DNA of 64,000 nt from a virus, in IMG/VR virus record IMGVR_UViG_3300005573_000001, one strand, 5' to 3'. The position numbers were made by a program, and so were the translations under genes. Positions within the stretch are counted from its first letter, which is position 1, and each line of letters starts with the position of its first letter. The notes below the pieces were generated by a model that saw only the letters and a list, made by a program, of their open reading frames with translations, was not told the origin of the DNA and made no database searches. Positions 18,001 to 28,200 of this stretch are shown here, piece by piece.

Positions 18001-21000
18001 ATCAGTAGAAGCGGCGACTGGATGAGAACTAAGGCCATCTTCTTCGGCGATGTGAGCTCTTTTGGCAAGCCATGGAAAGACATCGGTTGGGACAAGAAGA
18101 TGGCAGCCAGGGAGCTTAGCGAGATGATGTGGAAAACCTACGGCATAACAACAGTTCCGTTCCGCGAGTCAGGGGCCGGACACAGTATGGGTATTCTCTA
18201 TGACCTTGTCAAACATACAAGGATTGGGCAAGAGCACATGACGCTCTATAGTCCCACTTTCTGGCAGACTGCCAACATCCTGAATGCCGGCGAGTTCAGA
18301 GTCAAGGGTGGGTATACCACTATAGAGGAGGCAATAAAAAACAACGAAAATATATTATTAGAGAAAAGCGGCAAGCTTGGCGAATATGAGCGCCCGCTCC
18401 TAACAGCATTCGAGCAAAAGCAGGAGCGTACCGGTAGCGCCAAAAGGTTTATGCTTAAGACGGTATACATGGAAGACGCTATGCTTCACGAGCTTGGATT
18501 AAAGGAAAGCGTATATAAGGGTAATATAATCGTCGACAAAGACGTAGCAAAGATTTTAGTGGCTACCGGCCATACGAAGAAGTATAAGATTCCATGGGAA
18601 AACTTAGACCCGGAAATACAGGCCAGGTTAGCTACAGAAGAATACAGCGGGTCAAGGTTCTTAGAGTTAAGCCCTAAAAGAAATGGCGGATACGTATATA
18701 ATGGCAATAGAATGGTCACGGTTGGCAAGGTGGCATCAGAAAGCATCGCGTCCAACATCTCAGACCCGACAAACTATAGACCGATAACTCATAAGCTCTC
18801 AGGAGACGTATATACACACATCGAATACGACAAGCGTACGCAGACGTTAATGCTTAGGACCATATACGACACAAGTACCGCCAGCAAACTGTTTGCGGGA
18901 TCTGATAAGGTCATGCCAACATTCGTAGACATGAACCCAATCATATTGCGGGCACGGGAGAAATTTGGTATAGACCTCACCGGTGTAAGGGCTATCACCT
19001 CCGCTTCAGAAATAACCAAGAAAGGAGCATGGGATACGCCCGTCGCATCATGGATGCTTTATGGTATAAAGAGCGGGGTAGACAGAGGTATAGAACTACC
19101 AGAAATACAGAAGTCACTAAGGACGCACTTTGGACTCAAGACAACAATCGACTCACGCGGCAGACTCATCAGTAGAGGGTACGACTTTAGGCTTGCCAGT
19201 AAATTCGAATCAGACGAAGCAAGGTGGGCAAACTGGTTTAAGAGCATGGGCATGAGCATGGACGATGCTCTGCTCAAGACCACAAGCGGGAACGAGCTCT
19301 TTATGGGATACACAGAATTCGGTATGAGCGACGTGTTCCGCTATATGCGCGCCTATGGGAAAACTCTCGACGAGGCTAACAAAGGCATATACTTCGGTAA
19401 ACGTGAACTAGACGCACTTAGGAAATTAAAATCAGATATTACAGACAACATAAGCTATCGTGGTGCCGAACAGACAATAGCATACATCCAAGGTGAAATC
19501 CAAAGAAGTCCCGAATTTCGCAACGTTAAGCCATCTCAGTGGGGTTCATTGTGGTACTCTCCATTAGAAAGTCTATATAAACAAGACCCAACTGTATCTA
19601 TAGTTACAGATACGATGACCGGTGAGGAAATCGGAAAGAGAATACTGCGCAGCGGTCGTGTCTTCAATAAGAAGGGCGGACCAGAAACCTTAGTATATAG
19701 CAGGGGGTCTTACATTCCAAACCTGCCGGAAGGCGTAAGGGCAATACCGGTAAGTGAGTTACACTCTATAGAGGGTACACTTAATATGGGGGAACCAATT
19801 CGGACACACGTAGGTGACGCAGTGTCAGATATTGGTAGAGTCATCAAGGGTACCGTCTACGACCCGCGGCTCGCCGGCAAAAGCGGAGGATGGCACTTAG
19901 AGCTACCGTTCCCGGTAACAGTCGGGGATGAAATGGTACGAAAGACAGTATCAACTATGTATATGATAGGAGCTCAGGAGGTAAGGGGTCGGATATTCAA
20001 CAACGACGCACTAAGAATAGCAGATGCCCTTGTCGGAGCCATCAATACCTTCCAGAACCCCGAAGCGGCGGCAAGTGAAGTGACAAGAGCCAGAGAGAGG
20101 ATCCCGCAATTAGTCAACCAGTATTACGGAGAGGTTTGGCGTCAGATATTCAGCAAGGATAGCAAGCTGTATGAAGAGTTCCTCGGTGGATATGTAGGTA
20201 GGTCTGCAATACTCACTCCTAAAACAGAAAACGTCCTAAGCAACCTTGCCGAGAGCAACACGGTAAAAATCTCAAGACAGGCTGCGGCGACAATGCTTGA
20301 AGGCATAAGTCAGGCAGACCAAATTATGAGGGAGATGGAACATGGCGAAGGAATACCAAGTTTAATGGGCAGGGAGCCGATATTTCATAGGGGTGCCCAA
20401 AGTTATGTCAGAACCAAGATAGACCCTAACATTGAGAAGAACGTAATCATGCTGACAGTCGGACAGGAATATATAGCACAGGCAGATAACGATGGCGACC
20501 CGATAAGACTGAAGCTGCTACTCGGACGCAATCCTGACAAGTATATAGAGAACCTTCATACAGCAAGGGAATGTGTCGATAGGCTCCTTGCTACTAACCC
20601 GAGTCAAGCGGAGTTCAACAAGCGGCTGCAACAGGAACTGTACAGGTACCGCAATAATGCAGATATGCCCCTCATAATAGAATCCATACTCAAGGAGCGC
20701 GCCGCCAAGAGAAACACAGATGCCGTTACGCTACTAATAGCCGGCGAAGAAACATCTAAGGTATCTACTAATATGCTTAAGAAGGCTCGGGAGCAGAAAG
20801 AACAATGGGACTATATTAAGTCAGCCAGGTCTAATAAGACACCCGAGATGCGGCAATTAGAGATGATGATTGCCAGCGAACAGAATATGGCCAAGGAGCT
20901 CTACATCGGTCGCATGAGTAACATTAACCTTAGGATAAAGACCTTTGTAGACTACGTTAACGAGTATGGTTCCGACGCTATAACGGTAGGCAAGTATGTA

Positions 21001-22260
21001 AAGAACACATTAGGACTAGCGACAGCAAGCGCCTCAATAGATAGTTACAGCAACGTATTTAAGGCCCTTAGCGACACTGCCTCCACTCAAGCGGAGCTCC
21101 TGTACGACGCAGCCAGTAAAATCGGCGGAGGTATGGAGAGCAACGTTGTTACAGACCTTAATAAGAAAATCATGCAACACCTTGGAGAGGGAACTACTCA
21201 AGAGGAAGTCCGCAGACTATACGACAAGCTAGGCAGTCTATTCGATGCATATCAGAGTGGCGGATGGAAAGAGGGCAACAGGCTACGTCAAGAGTTCCTA
21301 AAGTTGACCCCAGAGCGTGCGCTGTCCATCGATATGCAGTCTATAACACTCAACGGGCAAATCGACGACATCAGGAACAGACTGGTTGACGTATACGGTG
21401 CTGGCAACAGAGACGAAATAGAGAGCACCATTAAGAAGTTCTTCAGTATTAGTGGTTCTAATATGACGCTCGGCGACTATATTGACTATATAGATAAACA
21501 ATACAGCACCATAGAAAGTAGTATGAGCGCGCTTGGCGATAGCATGAAGCAGGTCTTTGGACAGCATATGCCGTTTATGCATGGTAGAGAAAGCGCAACC
21601 GGTACTACCGCGCTCATCGCCGCAGCACAGATGGAAGGCAATATGCCTGTTGTAATGTCCCCCACAGACTTCCGTAATCTACAAAGCTTTATAGGTAAAA
21701 GTAGTGAACACATAGCCGAAGTTGAGGAAACCTTAAGGTATAGGGCGAACATAGCAAGCGCAGCTATGAGGGAAGCAAGTACAGAGGCCAAGATAACCAA
21801 TGAAATTGTGTCAGACAGTGCACGGGTAATGGCTGATGACATACTAAAATCCAGACAGCGCAAAATTAACGTACCAGGCGGCAAACTGATTGGCGGCGTT
21901 ATGGCAGCCAGTCTTGCAGCTGCATTGTTTGCAGGAGAACCAGAAGAAAAGACAAGTGGTCAGGCACAAGCCGAAGACGTGCAAGGCACATACAAAGAAT
22001 TAGACCCTTCACTATTGCCGCCGTCCTCTCTAGGTACTGGTCCCACAGCAAGAATAACAACTAATACAGGGGTGTCACGCATACATATAAGCGTAAGCGA
22101 TCCCAAAGGCATAAGCCAGGCGCAGCTCAATCGAATCGTAGAACAGTACGTGAGGACCCCAAGGATATACAACTCACGTAAGGATAACTCTGCCAGGATC
22201 GACAGGCAGTGGACGGAAGATAAGATAAGAAAAGCTATGACCTATGGGTATACATTTTAA
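15043..22260 (+). CDS. Putative single-chain two-barrel (DPBB) RNA polymerase fused to an N-terminal DEDDh 3'-5' exonuclease; candidate virion RNAP
   Basis: Exo motifs FDIE (D96,E98), GFDLPIL (D263), HSAAAD (H322,D327). RNAP beta'-like motifs LGGYVGRSAI, GREPIFHRG (R1777) and QADNDGD (D1815,D1817,D1819; nt 20482-20499). Confidence 0.75.
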   Translation: MADNRLDKIKIHGITYVRSDKLRTIAVTPKAAPFSDIQENKVDEVFSKLQAADKNAAMLNSPMHQINANVDFGRPDITYRNYCNIYENGGQVFAFDIEGNNTIIGGIKQFGVTEIGIHGYKVPAKAMRQSESITKSSSWNAAVRLSSPQAAYYKKLLDSGDFASLSEGDAWAISTLASYSGAKFGPDGSIVSKGPIRVSPRHVREWLESSASNVRAARAGLEALQRHGLPLSQAAAQVNKYIADNTLPGMPVFSLGQGSRGFDLPILQRAGFNLPTDHIDMLELMTQSKEAPEILRGAADHIVMNYSLSSYAKSVLGHEETHSAAADAELVGTLFERSIYKTDRLSLGKKKPIRQMFANPVGAAIEADKLYALRSASTSDGKVLFGGVWENVSKSKNGEIKWRLNKYNTYPVSKYSMYSAYTYDMPVSAIPKDMASKLAEEHGIASDETLKVLKLTEHGGDYVSRMVFRNQDDLEGFIQHTFGRPPKNGAATVERQAHMIDQARRQYINTWSDVAKFTKYTKASQILKKYVDTMSAAGERYSIPTFNTIDEMVSYWNDVVKKVGGKNPLNTRSQIRDFIMLGDRYVSEAMVRGELLNELPTLEDSYSKQVAVRRLYHELKSAGALPKPTGVPYASKAFILNVDEELGEQYYTVLNRWNKRDLIRGINNAIYGSGAKNIGAVNRRARLIVQELADRGVVDQSVAKTLLDMTTGRGIVTPTYISSKLAYAIQHGPSQDMPNGEIPETIMGIPVRGTVEDVRSRIRTRAANGAVERALSFTRQFTSGPASGTGKLTPEGEAILEKYQSRVTKRLKESLGVTGNIGEIVKTKTGARIMISVPNMKDEVNKLMENWGRHGFSTTLSYDRTSNTLLVAAQRKSIQGATDIAETISSGKVVRFAIPLSHAEGYYTIGGTRRMAPFFLKEAKGTTHRFTDMSVELTRRYANYARLVAEKLESGASYTEVNNMIQSLPGKMFMEMTNLDSDLKTTISRSGDWMRTKAIFFGDVSSFGKPWKDIGWDKKMAARELSEMMWKTYGITTVPFRESGAGHSMGILYDLVKHTRIGQEHMTLYSPTFWQTANILNAGEFRVKGGYTTIEEAIKNNENILLEKSGKLGEYERPLLTAFEQKQERTGSAKRFMLKTVYMEDAMLHELGLKESVYKGNIIVDKDVAKILVATGHTKKYKIPWENLDPEIQARLATEEYSGSRFLELSPKRNGGYVYNGNRMVTVGKVASESIASNISDPTNYRPITHKLSGDVYTHIEYDKRTQTLMLRTIYDTSTASKLFAGSDKVMPTFVDMNPIILRAREKFGIDLTGVRAITSASEITKKGAWDTPVASWMLYGIKSGVDRGIELPEIQKSLRTHFGLKTTIDSRGRLISRGYDFRLASKFESDEARWANWFKSMGMSMDDALLKTTSGNELFMGYTEFGMSDVFRYMRAYGKTLDEANKGIYFGKRELDALRKLKSDITDNISYRGAEQTIAYIQGEIQRSPEFRNVKPSQWGSLWYSPLESLYKQDPTVSIVTDTMTGEEIGKRILRSGRVFNKKGGPETLVYSRGSYIPNLPEGVRAIPVSELHSIEGTLNMGEPIRTHVGDAVSDIGRVIKGTVYDPRLAGKSGGWHLELPFPVTVGDEMVRKTVSTMYMIGAQEVRGRIFNNDALRIADALVGAINTFQNPEAAASEVTRARERIPQLVNQYYGEVWRQIFSKDSKLYEEFLGGYVGRSAILTPKTENVLSNLAESNTVKISRQAAATMLEGISQADQIMREMEHGEGIPSLMGREPIFHRGAQSYVRTKIDPNIEKNVIMLTVGQEYIAQADNDGDPIRLKLLLGRNPDKYIENLHTARECVDRLLATNPSQAEFNKRLQQELYRYRNNADMPLIIESILKERAAKRNTDAVTLLIAGEETSKVSTNMLKKAREQKEQWDYIKSARSNKTPEMRQLEMMIASEQNMAKELYIGRMSNINLRIKTFVDYVNEYGSDAITVGKYVKNTLGLATASASIDSYSNVFKALSDTASTQAELLYDAASKIGGGMESNVVTDLNKKIMQHLGEGTTQEEVRRLYDKLGSLFDAYQSGGWKEGNRLRQEFLKLTPERALSIDMQSITLNGQIDDIRNRLVDVYGAGNRDEIESTIKKFFSISGSNMTLGDYIDYIDKQYSTIESSMSALGDSMKQVFGQHMPFMHGRESATGTTALIAAAQMEGNMPVVMSPTDFRNLQSFIGKSSEHIAEVEETLRYRANIASAAMREASTEAKITNEIVSDSARVMADDILKSRQRKINVPGGKLIGGVMAASLAAALFAGEPEEKTSGQAQAEDVQGTYKELDPSLLPPSSLGTGPTARITTNTGVSRIHISVSDPKGISQAQLNRIVEQYVRTPRIYNSRKDNSARIDRQWTEDKIRKAMTYGYTF

Positions 22261-22272
22261 GGAGTACTATAC

Positions 22273-25200
22273 ATGTCAAACAGCGATAATGTACTAAGTC
22301 AGGCAGAATTCAGTAGTAGCGCAGTTAAGGCGTTTCAAAAAGCACATGCACAGGATAATATCAACTATCAATTTGAGATGTTTCCAGGAGGAATCAATCC
22401 CGATCCGTCTGGCACCAATGGCGTACGAATTACAACACCAGAGTGTCTGTACGGCAAGGTCGTAAAGGTATACGACGGCGATACCTTCGATATTGAATTG
22501 TACGCAGTAAGCGAAGGATTGCAACTCTGGATTAATGGTGGTTTGGAGGACCCGTTCCTGTATGACACCGCTAGTAACAAGCACATATACTATACAGTCC
22601 GGTTAGTTGGCATCGACTGCGCCGAGTTAAAGAGCACATCTAATAGTGAGGAGAAGAATAGAGAATATCTCTATTATCTTGGTATACGCGATACAACGGA
22701 TACCCTATCTCGCATGTACGATCTAGCCGAAGAAGCTAAGGCTGCTACTGCTAAGATGGTCCTAAACAAGATGGTAGTCGTCTGGCTAGAAAATGACGTT
22801 GCGGCACCACACCATGTAGACACACATGGGAGACTAGTCGGATGCGTATACGTACCGTTAACCAAGGGTAACAATGGTAGCTCAAAAGACTACCCAGAAT
22901 GGAATCAGATAGGTATCAATGTAAATACGACCTTGCTTGCCACTAAAACCAAGATATTTGAGCATGAGAACCCTGACACTCGTCTGGCAAAGATCTCTAT
23001 CTATTTGGATAGTAGCAATAACGAGCTCGTAAGCCGTTTTCCGATAGCAGCATGGGCTAACTTAGGCATGAAACCTGGAGAACAGCAGACTGATGAAGTC
23101 GATACAGAGCTTAACAGGATGATTGATAAGTGGCTCGAAGCTATAAGCGTCAGTGAACGTGGTGGGGTTTATATAGGGTCTGACGGAACCCTATGGGGGC
23201 ACAAAACAGAAGGAGACAACATCGTATGTAAGGAAATAATAGCTGGTGGTAAGGACGGCGTTACGTTTGGCACTAGAAGGTTTGTACAGGACGACATATG
23301 GGTTAATAATCTAAATCCAATACCAGCAGCCGAGGACGAGGCAGAACTATCGTCCAAAGGCTATAAATTAGACCTTCAGGACATACCTGGTATCAATCAA
23401 TATGGATATGTCGATACTCGCGTACGTATCGGAGACACAATCCTTACAGTTCCTCCTTTAGCAATCCGTGTGCGTAACGTAACACAGAGTACTAAGGTTA
23501 ATACGTTGCGTAATAATAGCTCGATGCAAACTCAGTCCGGTTACGTAAACACAGTAGTCGAAATGGAACTATTCTTTCACGACCTTGAGTCGATTAATGG
23601 CATCGAGATACCTAACCCATTCCAGAATGCCGACTTCACATTCAAGGATGGCGTACCACCGATATTAACGGAGAGATGGAAGAATCCCTACGCCATCAAT
23701 GGTCTGCGCAGTCTAATCGCCCAGTTTAAGAAGGCTCCATTCCTCCCTATATATTGTGAATACCTAGAGGATGCCCATGAAATCGGGGCGGTCGCACTAG
23801 AGTCAATCAACGTAAGTACAGTGCCAGGATTCCCGAACTGCCTAATGGCTACGCTAGTTATGACTGCGTTCGACTGGAACACATACTTAATAGATTGTGC
23901 CGACTTCGGAGACAAATTCAACTGGCCTATCTTCAGGTGGTATTACCAGCATTGTATGCAGCCAAGTAAGAACAATAAGGGGTACGACACCTTTACATAC
24001 CTTCCAGCCATCGGCAAAGACAATACTACTAGTGATAAGATCAGCTTCTATATAGCAGACGAAGGGGTCCTTGCGGCGCGTCTTTGGGCTATAAAGGAGA
24101 TGCGTAACTATATATCGCCTCTTGACTTTAAGGAACAGTCTAAGGACAAGACAGTAGCATTAGGACAAATGCAATACGACGGCATCACTATTAACAGTGC
24201 TATAGACCAAGCTAATAGGTTCAAACAATGGATAGCAGAGACTACAGACACGAACCGGCGCGGGAATGCACAGGTAGTGCCCGACTTTCGGTGCGCAGGA
24301 ATGTCGGCAAATGACCCACCGGTGCACCTACCAACCACCTATGGGCAAGTATATCATATTTTAACTGGGGGCGGCAAATATCCGTTCAATATGATGCCGC
24401 CATCAATTAATCGTGACGGCAATGTCGTATTCGAACAGTTTGCCGGCAGGTTGTGCGTCTCTACATACCTAGGATGTCCTGTTGAGAATTTCTATGACAT
24501 GTTCGGCAATCCGATCAACTTGTATAGCTATAACACCCGTCCCAGTCCATATCAGATATTCACTGGCCATTATGCAGACTACTTAAAGCATCTTGGAAAG
24601 AGCGCATGTGCGGAAGACGTAGCAAAGATGTTACCAGAAGCGGTCTGGGCTAAATACTTTACAGAAATGATGGAGTATGTGTATGGCAAGAATGCGACGG
24701 ACTACTACTTTGTCATTAACGGCATGTTGCCTACAAGGTTATATGATCTTACAGATACGGGGATAGCCATGGGCTATGCTCTCGACTCGGTGTTTAACAA
24801 TATAGCATTCATCAAGTTTGTAGGGATGAACAAGATACAACTACTATATGACTCAGCTAATTCTAAGATTACTGAAACCACTAGGAAGAATATTGACGAT
24901 AACCCTTATCTTCTAGCGCAAGGCGGCGGTATGATGTACATACCGCTCTATGCCGAGATTAACTCCGTCATTATAGAAGGGAGTAAGTACGTATTCATTG
25001 ACATACCCAGCAATGAGGAAAGCGCAGGGTGCGTACGTGTAGTCGCCGCAATACCGCTTGGAGACGACGTTATATGTGCCCAACTAAAGAGAGCAGCCAA
25101 ATACTACGACGAGTCTATCCAGGGATATAGTAACTTTATCAATTACATGAATAAATTCTATGAGAGTGACGAGTCGGATCTCCCAATGCTACTCGCTGTA

Positions 25201-28200
25201 ACTAACGACAAAACAAAGAGTAGCGACCCAAACTATAATACATACTTTATGGATGCAGAGGCGCTATCAGTAGACGTAACGCTCGAAAACGTATTCGCCA
25301 CACAGCAACTCCAAGAAATGCCATCGCCAACGATACAATACTTAGGCAGTCAAGACGGCTATATCAATATAGTCTATCAGACCAACAATATGAACGATGT
25401 CAAGGCGCTTCAAAGGTTATTTTCGACATCACAGCGTATAGCTCGGGACTACAGAATCGCAATTAGTTCAGCCTTCTTAGGCATCGAGAATAGCTTTATC
25501 AACATGATGGGCATAAACCATTGTCTAGTTGATAGGTTCGAGGTGTCAACGATAGCCGGATTTCCTGGCAGCTACAGCATTGCCCTTGCACTCGTCGCAT
25601 TCGACAAATCACAGAGGCGGCGCGAAGAACTTGCGAATATGCCGCTTGCGCCGGATATGGACGAAGATACCACTGTAATGGACTATAAGCTGCAGACTTC
25701 CACAGCAAAGAAGGAAATGTTGCAGAGGATGCAGGCATATAACCTTAAACCTAATAGCTCAAGCGACGACGTAATAAAGAGGATGCCGTTCCTAGGACTA
25801 TTTAGCTTCGTGTCACAGAATGACGACAAACTTAAGAGCGCTATATTCCAGTATAAGCTGCAGACGCAGGAAGTCTACCCAGACCTGGAGCTGCCGACGT
25901 GGGAGGAATTCGCATGCGCCATTCCATACTTGAACTGCGGAATAAAGAGTATAGAGGAGTATAATGATAAACTACAGACGTTTACGGAAGCACCTATAGC
26001 GCAGGCGCGCGGCAAATACGTCGACCCCGACTTCTACATTAAGTGTGACATCACATTCAGTATGGAGACGATAGGGGAGATGTTCGATAATAATACAAAG
26101 GCTATGTTGCTCAAGGATACCTATGGAGCTAGAGCAGCCGACATTGCGCCTGCAGTCAGCATAACTAACGCATTAGGACGTAGCGATGCGTCCGACGAGA
26201 TGCAAGTCCCATATGTATCCTTCAACGATCAGTTCGCATATATGGATTCTGTACAACGTGACGTAGCCGGCCAAATTCAAGCTATAGAAGAACAGAACAG
26301 GAAGGAAGCTTACAATATAGAGCCCGCATCGACCGTAACGGTAGCTATGTGGGCCAACATAGAGCAAGGTGGGTGTGAGTTTAATATGATAGACCCGACA
26401 CCCGACCAAAAGAATTCTGGAGATGAGACATACAGCGAAGACCTATCTATTAGGCCAGAAGGCGATGGCGGAATCCTGAAGCGCATGTTCTCCGACTCCA
26501 ACTTCAATGGCTTCACTAAGGAACCTGGCTTTAACAAGATATACGACAAGCTTCTCGACAGCGAGGTTAACGAGTTATACGCAAAGATACTTGAGGCCGA
26601 GGTTGACAAAACGGTCATTAAGGAACCTACAGACGACGAAGTGGACATCTTTATAGAGGGCATGGCGGCACAACTGTTCCGTACGGTATCCATAGTAGAA
26701 GACGACGGCAACTTAAGCCAGGTCGCTCTTACGCCTAGTACGTGGAAATTTAATCACACGGAATACACACTAAGAACTGGCAACGACGTAGCAAGCGGGT
26801 TCATCATAGAAAGTGCATCTGCTGCTAAAGGAAAGAACAGCTGGACATATGGACAAAGGACCGTTTCGGCACCCCAAATAACCGTACGTAAGGTAATCAA
26901 TGCGTTCAAGGCTATCCTAGATATTGGAAGTCAATGGGATCAATTCATGCAAAACCCCTACCTCGTGCGTAATCAGAAAACACATGTACCCAGAGTAAAA
27001 CTTTACGACGCAGAACACATCGTCACCTACGATGATGGTAGTATCAAAATAGGTATGGCCCAAGTCTGCACTAACTGGGACGTAATCGAAGACGAAGAGG
27101 ACATCGCCAGGCTGGCATGGGACTGGCAATTTAACGTATTCTGCGGATTCAAGAGGTTCATACAACTATTATACAAGAATGCTACTCATGGTAACCATTC
27201 GCATGAAGCATATGCTTGGCCGCTCGATTACGCTATGGCTCAGTACTGGGATATTGACAACGACCTGAATAGTAACATGTACATTCAGACACGCAACAAG
27301 ATGATTAGTAAGTATGGACAAAGGCGTGCTGCTATGGCCAACTTCAGCCATCTAGTTACACAGGGCGTTGCGCACCAAGTACAGGAAGAGTTAGCCATTA
27401 AGCTATATGAACACAACGGCGTAATAGGACAAAGTACAGTACATAATGGCATCTTACTACCCGAACTAAAGTATGCAGACAACTACGTCGGACGGTACAA
27501 CGAGGAAATAAACCTATCTGGAAGCGAATACAATGTAGACATCCAAGAGTGGAGTAAGTTACACGAGGCACTAATAATGGACCGTGCACAAATTGGTGCG
27601 CACATATTACCGCGACTCCCTGTCTTAGAAGTTGGATTCTCTACTAACACAAGCTCCCCCGAACACCTGTCTGTCCCATATATTAGCGCGTTTGCAAGGA
27701 TTGCAGTATTTCAGGCACTAAGCGACTACATCCATAAGGATACTAAGAGAGTAGAGGCAATACAAAATCTAACTAGTGCAATCAATAGCGTACATAGCCT
27801 TATTAGTGTAAGTGAAATTCCGCCCACCGAGAAGGAAAAGAGTATAAAAAAGGTAAGAGATGCTATATTAAACTTGTATAAAACCGATCCAACACTCTTT
27901 GCGTTGTTCATGTACGAGAGCGAAGCATTGCGCGGAGACTGGATTGTGCGCACAGGGAGCGGAGCAACCACAAGTTATATTACAGTACCAATGAGAAGGG
28001 CCGAAGACGGGACCTACAAGACAATATATATCCGGTATGGTATCAATATAAATCCAACTGTCTCACCGAACATGACAATTCCAGCAACGTATATGGGACA
28101 AGAAAATGTAGTAGAGAGCGACTTGGGACCCATAGACATATCGGCATGCAATTATAAGCCAGAGGACGACCAAGTAGTCTTTAAGTGCAGTGTCGACAGC

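Noticed and set aside
15043-22260. DNA polymerase (family A/B/C), suggested by the DnaQ domain
   Set aside because: No PolA, PolB or PolC palm motifs were recognised. The only polymerase signature is the two-barrel RxP..H / DxDGD set.
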